DNA of 37,915 nucleotides from an uncultured virus (IMG/VR IMGVR_UViG_3300044723_007864) (lineage: Duplodnaviria; Heunggongvirae; Uroviricota; Caudoviricetes), in the IMG/VR virus record IMGVR_UViG_3300044723_007864; one strand, given 5' to 3'. Shown here piece by piece: positions 10,201 to 19,900 of the stretch. Every line of letters begins with the position of its first letter. Within the stretch, counting starts at the first letter, position 1. The translations under genes and the position numbers were made by a program. The notes beneath the pieces are model-generated. The model worked only from the letters and a program-made list of their open reading frames with translations, had not been told where the DNA came from and searched no databases.

Positions 10201-12657
10201 ACTGAACCTAATCAGATCGGATGGAGAACCGAGGTTGTGAACGGAGAGACAACATGTTTTCCTGTGACTGGTGATGGTGGACCGGGGGTTGGTATTGTGT
10301 TACCACCAGGAACCGGTACAGGACCTGGCACATCTATAGTGATTAGTTGCGGTAGTTATTCACGTTATGATGTGACAATCGTGGAACCAGTTGCAAATCC
10401 CTGCCCAGCAACCGCTGAGGCTTCAACAGTACCATTTGCTCACATCGCACAACTCGTCAAGAGATCAAGTGACGCTGGTGATTCATGTTTTGTTGAACCA
10501 GCAGAAAGTCTCTGGATCCAAAAACACCAACCAGTCATGAGCGATTCATCACAGCCATTGAACCTGTTTTATCGCAACGCACCCGGTAATAAAATTGGTA
10601 CAATTGATGAATTGTTCCCTGGCTTGGTTGATACAGCTGCACAATATGATATAAGTTTCGACAAGAGTTTCACAGATTTCGATATCGTGCATGATATTGT
10701 CATGTTGCGACAACAAACACCTACCGATGATGTGTGGTTGTTTGATCAAATCACATACGATTTTGACACTGATACCACCACAAGCGGTGATAGGAACACG
10801 CATCTAGTAACCGCGGCACTTAGCAGCACCGCTCAGCAATTGTTGTCACCATTTTATAATGAGGAGACAAACACCATATTGGTTGGAAAAACTGATGGTG
10901 TTGGTCAGTATTTGTTACCTGTGTTGGATGAACTTGATTTGAACACACAACAATGGAAACGAGTATTCCCTGTCAGCGGTGAGCATGATAACATTTTAAC
11001 AAATTTCGAAATACCCGCACCTTATGTGTTAACATCTCTAGATCCTGGAGAGATATCATTCAATCCAGAGACGGACCACTACACCATAACATACATTGGT
11101 AGGTTGGATGATCAAACCACCGGTGAACCACCATTGTTGACCATTTTCAACACAAAACTGTTCATGAAAAACGGAATTGTTGAGTTGAAGAGTACGGATT
11201 TCTACATAACAACAGATTTTTCCAGTGCTGGTGTGCAGCAACTGGAACAGACACTACAATATGAAGAACGACCAGTCGAAGAAACCATACAAGCTCAAAA
11301 TTCTGAATTTGCATTCACGTTGAAGCTTCAGAATCTAGTAGGTACCAGTAGTACCTTGAGCAAAGAGCTGGATTTACTGTATGTTGACATCGATTGGGGT
11401 GATGGAGAGATATCCACGCTCTGGAGCCAGTTCGAGAGCTCCAATCTCAAAGGATCATTCCAGCGCTACGGAGGATCCACGGTGAATGGGCAATCCGCAA
11501 CAATACTATCAGATAAAACTGTTATTTACACCGGACAACACTCGGATGGGTCCGCGGCTGTGAGCGATGCGTCTGTATCCAATCACAAAGTGACACACAC
11601 ATACAACATACTTGGAGATGAAGTGTATAATGTGTTGGTAACAGCTTACTACAACGACAACACAACAATTTACCGCAAGCAATTCAAAATACAGTCCAAT
11701 GAGTATAGCATTGGAGACACTATTCGTGACATCAAGCTTTTGTCAACCAAATTATTCACACCTGTACAAGAAATAAACACACTAGCGACTCAAACATTGC
11801 CTTTATGGACCCCAGAGATGGATCCAGACACAAATGTCGATTTAGCTGTGTGGTTAGACGCTTCAAACACCGCATCATTAACACTGGATGGTTCGAGCAA
11901 TGTATCATCTTGGGAGGACACAAGAAACACATCTTCATACGCAATAACACAACCGAACTCATCTCGCAGGCCAACTTCAGGTAGCTACACACTCAATGGT
12001 TTGAACGTGTTAGACTGGGGTGAGGATGAAAATTCCCGGGGCTTGATAACCAACAGCCCGGATCCCGCGACGTGGTATGATGTGTATATAGTGGCTCGAT
12101 ACGATGGTGACCTGACGAGGGCTGGAGACACAAGTGGGATAGTGGGATTGTTGGGTGGTAGTAACCAGAGTAGTAATGACGACATCGGGGTAATCACTGA
12201 TTTACCTGGTGGTGATCCACTGGATCTCTGGCGAACTCACTGGTGGGACAAATTATATATAAACAGTGTTGAGTCCGACGGCTCATACGTGCTACCCACC
12301 ATGCAAACAGGATTCGTGTTGTCAGCTTCAACACCATCACCAAATCAAACAGGGTTGTGTGTTGGTACTGATCGTGATATAGGTAACAGAGGGTGGCGCG
12401 GATCGATCGCGGAAGTTGTCATATTTAATCGCGTTTTATCGCCAGAACTACGTGAGAAAATGGAAGGATATCTAGCTCACAAATGGGGAGTCGCGTATTC
12501 ACTACCAGACACACATGAGTATAAACATCAGGCCCCGACATACATATCTATAACCGACACAAGATTGACCACGTCGCTGCAGAAAAAAGAACAACTCTTA
12601 CTAACACTTGAAACGCAGTCACCGCGTTATGTTGTACATAACGTCATTGACATGTAG
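7246..12657 (+). CDS. Large mosaic virion (baseplate/tail-associated) protein with acidic Gly/Asp region, Pro-rich linker, PKD-like and LamG/ConA-like domains
   Basis: 1803-aa ORF. Contains DTDGDGIDDD, PAPIGPPDAPPPEIPVP, IDWGDG...VTHTY (PKD-like) and WLDAS...GSIAEVVIFNRVLS...EGYLAHKWG (LamG-like). Confidence 0.75.
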   Translation: MNPTPDDFKPHEYDPVFGIDVDTAVSALLEKRGVTSVDQLPLSAFSNYTASRDTLNEHQQLIGASQFIGNDLIYVSGGSTPGSYTTGTLVTPENPARNLLNINNPTVNNIPHAERLTEEQIGRFFLPKHTTPLTYASFSHKHVILTEKISPGQVYVLADPTIYGSGFGAGVSEADNPVDHVEDLSWIQSPPVIVGAQGRIRGSVKMPLYNGYTSIEQTLGAPQFGVSRYTDNFDFWAGSPTGEIWANADIYPLTEANKYDLITRGTDLLSDFCDIPYKNKTDVYGNHYVMFKLGTENPKNPAGGSDTDGDGIDDDIRSGLGTPDYYGDDGGVEPVFTETGTAGGGNGLGNTGLDTGGSIDDGDRQVDETGETTDGGNDYFDYEFSDETGDVNITTCNYWLNGGGSFSDSVSAVKLDTDGGGITTIIDGGWRVWDPSDNASANQVDVTPTGTLNGFYDEAAYAADSGSFDPVNDDATWFPNYAYVNGTNNNAEPLEDYRAFPRISILPVNCSEPDKCNFTVSFGQNGDTAYRSTTTREENEDNHRMIVADGGWYQNGSSPTTAGATFKRQQCDRQSYVLTLYDDAEPDFGNNIFACKMYRITLNARSYVGSSTARTWYSNRYNTPPGEVSPQWVQDYAYAKWRGPLNFTEHYNPIDYRVNGIPTINYAGTKAQLQADGMSDILFDYLTEYEAFLMRISPIEGSGSWTIDGDTTTHSFFDETSHEQGTRAGIYGHPDLLYYKHQGTFTDGTEYSQVSGSLSWIRPEAFTDGQIVLDDMYGQLARDTVKVGGNKATQFPQIPWDITTQSGANNRDLNIPLDGNNVTYYLGLNCNNVCEYQFFDSVLLMCDERNNARAKTELTLNRQVNNTHPMVSERGKVYRSKRGYFPPPVGHLRRQQTHPIGVGGQQGEDKPILDNFLSETDRGTGSDGFLVHDVWDAGGFGARPGLVDTEFVEPAPIGPPDAPPPEIPVPVVPGPENPGAGCGVFTEPNQIGWRTEVVNGETTCFPVTGDGGPGVGIVLPPGTGTGPGTSIVISCGSYSRYDVTIVEPVANPCPATAEASTVPFAHIAQLVKRSSDAGDSCFVEPAESLWIQKHQPVMSDSSQPLNLFYRNAPGNKIGTIDELFPGLVDTAAQYDISFDKSFTDFDIVHDIVMLRQQTPTDDVWLFDQITYDFDTDTTTSGDRNTHLVTAALSSTAQQLLSPFYNEETNTILVGKTDGVGQYLLPVLDELDLNTQQWKRVFPVSGEHDNILTNFEIPAPYVLTSLDPGEISFNPETDHYTITYIGRLDDQTTGEPPLLTIFNTKLFMKNGIVELKSTDFYITTDFSSAGVQQLEQTLQYEERPVEETIQAQNSEFAFTLKLQNLVGTSSTLSKELDLLYVDIDWGDGEISTLWSQFESSNLKGSFQRYGGSTVNGQSATILSDKTVIYTGQHSDGSAAVSDASVSNHKVTHTYNILGDEVYNVLVTAYYNDNTTIYRKQFKIQSNEYSIGDTIRDIKLLSTKLFTPVQEINTLATQTLPLWTPEMDPDTNVDLAVWLDASNTASLTLDGSSNVSSWEDTRNTSSYAITQPNSSRRPTSGSYTLNGLNVLDWGEDENSRGLITNSPDPATWYDVYIVARYDGDLTRAGDTSGIVGLLGGSNQSSNDDIGVITDLPGGDPLDLWRTHWWDKLYINSVESDGSYVLPTMQTGFVLSASTPSPNQTGLCVGTDRDIGNRGWRGSIAEVVIFNRVLSPELREKMEGYLAHKWGVAYSLPDTHEYKHQAPTYISITDTRLTTSLQKKEQLLLTLETQSPRYVVHNVIDM

Positions 12658-12661
12658 ACAT

Positions 12662-15600
12662 ATGAAAAAACATACAATTTCTGGAGATGTGGTAAAACCA
12701 CTCAAGCAAACATACACAAATGATGATTCCTTGAAAATAGATGGCCGCCGGCTGAGCATGCAAGGTCTTCAACTCGAAATAAATGACGCGAACAGATCAC
12801 CCACAGATGTCAAGATAAACAATCATTCTGTGTTGACACTGACCAATAAAAAATACACCAAACATCTCTTCAGAGTAGAGCCACCCAATTCTAGCAAGAT
12901 ATACCCATACATTTTCACTACATATATGATTTTCGCTGATCATATCGCCGCGTTTTTCAATCTAGATGATGTGAAACCCGACAATCCTAGATGGAAATAC
13001 CCTGGAACGTTCGCTGGTATACACTATTTGACCATCGAAGAGCTTGAAACGGATAGTATAACTGATCGATCTTACACCATCAGTGATGAAGATGTTTACA
13101 CACCAATCATACAATATACAAATGTACCAAACACTCGCTTGTTTCATGTTGAGTTGTTGGATAAAGAGCATTGCCGTGTGTATCACGATGATTCATACGT
13201 GAGAACAGCACTCACATATTCTAATATGGATGATCCAACAGCTCGTTGCGAATTTAAAAAATTCACCGGTGAATACACAGGTGTTAACGGAGCTGGTTAC
13301 AACACAACACCGCTTGGGCGTGTTGATTATAGCCCGTATGATGATCAGGTTTTTCAATACATTATTGATACGAATTCTGGTTATCTATCATTGAGGAAAA
13401 AGCTAGCTGATGGTACCACCACGTGGATCACACATCAAGGTGTTGTGGACAATGCCACCGGTCGGATTTCCTCCCCTTATTTGGCTGGAGAACAAGTCGT
13501 TGCGGAGCAAGGTAAGACACTAGCTATTAAATCGATAATACGTATTCGTGTTGATAGTGTTAAAAACCCAGCATCAAGTATATCTCGAGCGGTTGATACG
13601 ATGTGGTGTAAATACGATAGTGGCATTTTAAATCAAAACACTGTGAACGTGGACCAGACGAAAGCACGTATTTACCAGGACATCAATCGCGAGTATTATA
13701 CTAACACATACACATATCTACAAAACAATTATTTAACATGCTCGCAATTTTACAATGTTGTGGATAATGAGTTAGATGTGAATCTGATACCTCTCAAAAA
13801 TCAACTAACACCGTATGGTGATCAGTGTGAAAATAGCCCACACTCTACCGGTACCGCTGGTGAATTTTGCCTTGATTTTATCAGCCGTAAAAATGTTGAT
13901 TTCCGAACATATCATAAATTAAACAGCGGCATGAATCAAATAACAGGTGATGATAAATTGCTGATAAATTACACGAGCTATGTTGATAAGATCACCCTAA
14001 AAAGCGATCAGATAACATATTTTCACATGCCAAACATAATGAAGCCATTCACATGGATGAATATAAATTACAGAAGAGTGGCGGAATACCCGGAACAGTA
14101 TCCCATGACAAAATTACCAGTTGCGGCTCCAAAAACATATGGTTACGAATACGAAGATTTTGTCGGTTTGATCCGAGCTGGTGCGATTGCAGGTAACAGT
14201 CCGGTAAATTCTGACAAGATTTTCAAGAAAAGAGCAAATTACCGATATTACACTCCATGGGGTGATGCTGGTTTGTATGGTAACAAAGGCGGAGCCGGTG
14301 ATAGTCACTATGGTACCTGGCTGTGCTCATGGTTGATGGCAGTGCCAGGTAGTGACATTTATGAAAAAACTTATGGTCCGGTCTGGATGGATAGATATTA
14401 TGATGATAAGCTATTTTCCGAAAACCAAATAATGTCAAAAGAACCAAACTGTTTTGACTCGATGGTTGATGCTATGGATGCCGGGAGAAACTCACCAGAC
14501 ACAGCCAAAAGCTATTTTGATATACCTAGTAATTTGCGTCTGGAGCGCGGTGTGCAGTACGCATATTACCATGTTGGTAACAAAGAGAATAAAAAAATAA
14601 TTGATACGTTCTCGAATCTACTAGAACAGCAAGATGTTTCTACATACGTGAAAGATGATAATGGTACACGCACCGATCTTTCAGTGCCTCAGATAGATGG
14701 TTATAATGTGTATGATTTTCCCGGTGATCAGTATTGTAAAACCAAATCCCCATACCCAGCTTACGGTGATTTTCGTGTGAGCTTCTGGTTGCATAGTGAT
14801 GATTGGACTGAAAAATTTGGTCATCAGATATATGGTAATTACACAAACGCTGGCTTGGCCATGGTGAATGACCACGTGATAACACCTGTCCTGACCTTCG
14901 TTGACGACGATGATGTGAAAATAACCAATTCAGATGCGGTTGTAATAGGAACAATTGATAGTTCCATGTATGACACCACGCTCACTTCAGAGTTTCAAGA
15001 CAAGACAGTTCACCTGGTTCGAGAGGATCCATTGGATCGTATGACCATTTTAACATCAACATCTGCGAATAGTGGTGTGCTGACCGTGAATACATTCGAT
15101 ATTAATGGTAACAATCTAGACTCGTACACAATCAGAGAACAGGGTGTGTTGTTCAAAAAAGCGATCGTTTCTTCCACAATCAAAACCATCAACACAGTTA
15201 ATGAATACACAGGTGTCAACAAATCCGAAACATTCATATACACACTGCATCAGGACGAGACATCAGTGTGTCGATTCGAGTTCGCGACTGGTGAGTATAT
15301 TGATTTATCTCCGACATTTTTCGAGTGGTGTGTTGTTTACAATCTTGATGACCAAGCGAGAAATATCACGGGTTACGATGGTCTATACACACGAGACACA
15401 ACCACTCCGCCATTCAACGGGAAGCCTGTATACAGAAAAACACAAGGAAACATAGCGGCCATGTATTATGAAGACAACAAATGGCACATCACAGAAAATA
15501 CCAACACCCTCACAGAGGGAGCATATAAAATACAATCAGAAGAAGCAGAAATACCCACGACATTTTCAACTACTGAGCCTAGTATAACACCTGCCGCGAC

Positions 15601-16909
15601 AGGTGAAGCCGCTGTGGCGTTTAGTGAAGCGTATCCAAAACCAAAATATATACATGCTGAAGAGTCTGATACAGATTGGTCAAGTGTATATGCACCAATT
15701 GGTAATGAGAATTTATATGTTTTGACCGGGGAGATGGCTTGTTCATCTCATGTGACAGATGAGCAAGGATCTAACAAGTTGTACTTTGTCAAAAATAAAA
15801 ACATATACTCACATGATCTCACAAACAACACACTTGATGAGTATGTCGCGAGTAAAGTGTTTGATGGCACCAACATCACCAAAATAAACAACATAAAATT
15901 AGATCATCAAGAAAATTTATGGGTGTTATATGATGATAGGTACATGATAAAATATGACACATTGAACAATCAGGTGTTCCGTGTGGATTTGTACAGTTAC
16001 ATTTCCGATTCTTCTCAAATAAAACTCGACACACATGTTGATACTGTGTGTACATTTGATATTATTAGCGAGTACAAAGTAGATAGCATTAAAGAAACGT
16101 ACGCGTTGGTGTTATATCAAGCACCACATGCAGATGCACATGACACAACCACAATCACGGTTGACATGAACGGCGTGGTCAAGGTGAAACAAACACAGCA
16201 ACAGAAGCTGTTCATGAACATCAATCCATCTACTAATTTTTCAAACTTCGATTATATTAATCGTGCACATTACAAGCATAACAACATGCTGACGTTTAAG
16301 TTCAAAGCGGTTAATAAATACAACACTCATGAATCTGTTGTTGTAAATTATGACTTCCCTATATATAAACTGACACCTGGCTGGCACCATTTTTGTTTTG
16401 GTTTTGATGCTAGTGAGAAAGGCGCTGGTTATTTTCAAATTGATGGGTTGTTCGATGACGGTGCTGGTGGTACAGGAGTGGTGCCGTTGCTAAGAGAGAC
16501 GTCTTATGGTAAATATGCATTTACGGAGATGTTAAGCAAAGCAGCAACAATTGGCGCCACACAGGGATACAATGATGTTCTTTTGTGTGATTATTTGAAA
16601 CAACCGGGTTATTATTTCACAAAAAACATGCAAATGAAAAGCTTCCGATTGTACAAGTTCAATCTTTTCCGAGTCAATGTGCAATCACTTGCTCGTGAGC
16701 ATGTAGACATACACGATATGGAATGGACCATACCATGCGGTCGAAGAGCTCACCTGGATCATGTTGATAAATTTCACAAACACCAACTACCTGGTCATAA
16801 ATCTGTAGATTTTAAAACACATGTTATCAATTCCGGATTGTCGGATAGTGATGTGTCCGCAGCTATCACATCAGATAACAATGTGGAAACCGCAGGAGGG
16901 AGTTATTGA
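12662..16909 (+). CDS. Large virion structural protein with interrupted LamG/ConA-like domain and beta-propeller-like repeats
   Basis: The ORF track starts it at TTG 12608, but ATG 12662 follows the upstream stop by 4 nt. FRVSFWL...PGWHHFCFGFD...FQIDG...SFRLY is a LamG pattern; IKLDHQENLWVL resembles a propeller blade. Confidence 0.72.
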   Translation: MKKHTISGDVVKPLKQTYTNDDSLKIDGRRLSMQGLQLEINDANRSPTDVKINNHSVLTLTNKKYTKHLFRVEPPNSSKIYPYIFTTYMIFADHIAAFFNLDDVKPDNPRWKYPGTFAGIHYLTIEELETDSITDRSYTISDEDVYTPIIQYTNVPNTRLFHVELLDKEHCRVYHDDSYVRTALTYSNMDDPTARCEFKKFTGEYTGVNGAGYNTTPLGRVDYSPYDDQVFQYIIDTNSGYLSLRKKLADGTTTWITHQGVVDNATGRISSPYLAGEQVVAEQGKTLAIKSIIRIRVDSVKNPASSISRAVDTMWCKYDSGILNQNTVNVDQTKARIYQDINREYYTNTYTYLQNNYLTCSQFYNVVDNELDVNLIPLKNQLTPYGDQCENSPHSTGTAGEFCLDFISRKNVDFRTYHKLNSGMNQITGDDKLLINYTSYVDKITLKSDQITYFHMPNIMKPFTWMNINYRRVAEYPEQYPMTKLPVAAPKTYGYEYEDFVGLIRAGAIAGNSPVNSDKIFKKRANYRYYTPWGDAGLYGNKGGAGDSHYGTWLCSWLMAVPGSDIYEKTYGPVWMDRYYDDKLFSENQIMSKEPNCFDSMVDAMDAGRNSPDTAKSYFDIPSNLRLERGVQYAYYHVGNKENKKIIDTFSNLLEQQDVSTYVKDDNGTRTDLSVPQIDGYNVYDFPGDQYCKTKSPYPAYGDFRVSFWLHSDDWTEKFGHQIYGNYTNAGLAMVNDHVITPVLTFVDDDDVKITNSDAVVIGTIDSSMYDTTLTSEFQDKTVHLVREDPLDRMTILTSTSANSGVLTVNTFDINGNNLDSYTIREQGVLFKKAIVSSTIKTINTVNEYTGVNKSETFIYTLHQDETSVCRFEFATGEYIDLSPTFFEWCVVYNLDDQARNITGYDGLYTRDTTTPPFNGKPVYRKTQGNIAAMYYEDNKWHITENTNTLTEGAYKIQSEEAEIPTTFSTTEPSITPAATGEAAVAFSEAYPKPKYIHAEESDTDWSSVYAPIGNENLYVLTGEMACSSHVTDEQGSNKLYFVKNKNIYSHDLTNNTLDEYVASKVFDGTNITKINNIKLDHQENLWVLYDDRYMIKYDTLNNQVFRVDLYSYISDSSQIKLDTHVDTVCTFDIISEYKVDSIKETYALVLYQAPHADAHDTTTITVDMNGVVKVKQTQQQKLFMNINPSTNFSNFDYINRAHYKHNNMLTFKFKAVNKYNTHESVVVNYDFPIYKLTPGWHHFCFGFDASEKGAGYFQIDGLFDDGAGGTGVVPLLRETSYGKYAFTEMLSKAATIGATQGYNDVLLCDYLKQPGYYFTKNMQMKSFRLYKFNLFRVNVQSLAREHVDIHDMEWTIPCGRRAHLDHVDKFHKHQLPGHKSVDFKTHVINSGLSDSDVSAAITSDNNVETAGGSY

Positions 16910-19900
16910 TGAGACACGAGGAACGCGTGCGCACAGTAGCAACAAATGCTATCAGAAAAGCTAGTATATTGAATTCTTCACCTGGTGATGCAAGTATAGA
17001 GCTAATCGATACAATTGAACAAGTTGATATAACAGTTAACACACCGGAAGAGGTTGAGTCGAACGAAACACTCCAGACGCTCCGCAAATATTTGTTCCCA
17101 CCACCACCTGAGCCAGTTCCAACAGCGTGGAAGCTATCATCACCCGTGATTGGTGATATTGTGTTGGCTGATAATTTGCTAGCGACCTTCAATTGGTCAG
17201 AAACTATAAACGCAGATGATTACACACTCGTAATCAATGGCACGAGCTATTCAAACGTTAGTAGCCCGTATCAAATACAGTTAGAACACAACACTAGCTA
17301 CACGTGGGCTGTTGTGGCAAATGCCATTGGCTTTGAATCATCAACACCTGTTGGTGGTACATTCACCACACCTGGCTTGCCTGGGCTATCCGTGAGCAAT
17401 AAAACAGTAGGGACCACCTCGACAGAGAACAGTGTGACACTCTCTTGGGACGCAGTTCCAGCAGCCGAATCATACAATTTAATATTTAATGGAGTTACAT
17501 ACACAAATGTGACCAGTCCATACACAATAACCGGGTTATCGCCTGATACAAACTACACTTGGGTGTTGATAGCGATAGCTGCTGGGTATGCTGACACCAC
17601 AATTTCCGGTGGCACTGTGAACACATCCGTGGGTCAACTCGACACACCAGATGTCACTACACGTGAAGCGTTCACCTCGATCAGGTTTGAGTGGGATGAT
17701 GTGAGTAACGCACAAGCTTACAATTTAACAATTGGATCATACACATATGACAATGTGAGTAGCCCGTACACAAAAACCTACCTGCAACCAGGAACAGAAT
17801 ACACGTGGAGTTTGATCGCTATCGCGGATGGCTATAACTCCGCTACCTCGTCCGGTTCCAGCACGACAACAGCAGATTTGAATGTGACTGACACTGCAAC
17901 ACCTGATAGCGTGTCTTTAGAATGGTCAGATGTGGTAGTGGATACAGATCCGACTGCACCACCGGCTCAGTATGCGGTGTACCGTGATGGTAATCTAGTG
18001 TCTGGTCCAAGCACAGTCACAAATTACACTTTCACAGGACTGGGTGTTAGTGAGACTGTTGTTTGGGAGGTACGAGTGGTGAATAGCGCGAACACGCAAA
18101 CATACAGACAATATGGTGGATCCACCACCACGGTGGTTCTACCGCAATTAGATGCTCCGGAGATAACTGGTGTGTCGTCAACAGCAACTTCTGTGACCCT
18201 CACATTTACTGCAGACACAAACGCCACCGGTGGTGTGTTGGTGTTTGATGGTCAAACATACAACAACGTGACCAGTCCACACACTGTCACTGGCCTGACT
18301 CAAGACGAAGCATACACATATAGTTTGAAGTCCACCGCCGCAAATTATGTTGATTCTGACACAGTGAATGGTACAGCTTACGCGGTGGCGCCTATCAGTG
18401 GTAAGGGTCCGGATGTGGTCATACCTGTTGTAACAATTAGTAGCAACAGCGTGTCAATGGCGTTGGTGTACTACCCGGATAGTGGCAACAAGTCAATTGT
18501 GTCGTACGAGATCTTTTTCAGTCATGAAAGCAGTGGTGAGACAACCACAAACACACCATATGTCAAGACCGGGTTAACACCGGTAACAACATACACATAC
18601 ACATTGATAGGAAAAAATTTGAACGGTCAAGTGTCATATCAATCATCACCTAGACATTTCACGACAACAGCATCACCTATAAAAGCACGGCTAGCCACAC
18701 CATATTTGTCGGCTCCACAAATATCAACCCGTGCAGTGACTTTCACTTGGTCGCAAGACATCTTTACCACCAGCAACACACTGGTGTTTGATGGTCAAAC
18801 ATACAACGACGTGACCAGTCCACACACTATCACTGGTCTGACACCTGACACACAGTATGCATACAGTTTGAGCTCTGAAACCATTGCTGAGGAAATCCTC
18901 AACTCTGTCGCAGCATCAGGTACTGTCCAAACAACCGCGTTGACACAATTGGACACACCGACAGTAACCAGCACATCAACAACTAACGCAGCGACTCTCA
19001 CTTGGAACTCTAATGGAAACTTGTCCGGTGCTGAGTATGACCTGGTGTTCAACGGTCAAACATACAACGACGTGACCAGTCCACACACTATCACTGGTCT
19101 AGCACCTGACACACAGTATTCATACAGTTTAACAGCTTATCGCGACGACAATGATTATATCGATTCATCTCCAGCTACCGGTACTGTCACTACAACCGCT
19201 TTGACACAACTGGCTACACCAGATAACATAACAACAAGCAACATAACAGACACCTCATTTGAGCTGAATTGGGACGCATCAGAAGGTGCTGAACAGTATC
19301 GTGTACAAATCAATGGTACTGATCACACCACATCTGCCACTACATACACAGCCACAGGCTTGACTCATGACTCCACGCAGAGTTGGGAGCTCCAAGCAAT
19401 AGACACAGACGGGTCACATCAAAACTCCAAGTATCGCACTGGTCAGGTAGACACACTTCAAACACGGTTGCCCCAACCGACAGTGACACAATCGGACCTC
19501 ACATACAATTCAATCACAATTAGTTGGACTCCGGATCCGCGAGCCACTCACTATGAGGTATTTATTTCCGGTGAAGAAGGTTCCGGCGTGCCTAGTGACA
19601 CGAACCTCATGGTCACCGATGGTACATACACTTCTAGTAATCTGACACCGGAGATTGATTATTCGTGGTTGGTAAGAGCGAAGGACAGCACCGGAACGTA
19701 TTTGCAGAGCATAGATTTATTTGGTTATTTCACCACACCAGCAGACACGAGGCCCACGACCGGTGCGTTCACCGTGGAAGAGTACGTAGAAGACACATCA
19801 ATCACATTGAGTTGGACACACAGCACCTGGGCCGACCGATATTTGATACAATGTTGGTTGGTTCAAGCAAATGGTACCCTAACTTCAGTTTATGAGGAGT

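Noticed and set aside
16876..16911. Programmed -1 frameshift fusing the roughly 1415-aa protein to the Fn3 fibre
   Set aside because: The overlap window has no X XXY YYZ slippery heptamer. GGAGG plus TGATG explains ordinary coupled initiation.
18241..19130. Repeats as a DGR template/variable pair or a CRISPR array
   Set aside because: All copies are in-frame Fn3 units of one ORF, the differences are not confined to template adenines, and no reverse transcriptase, cas genes or spacer structure is present.
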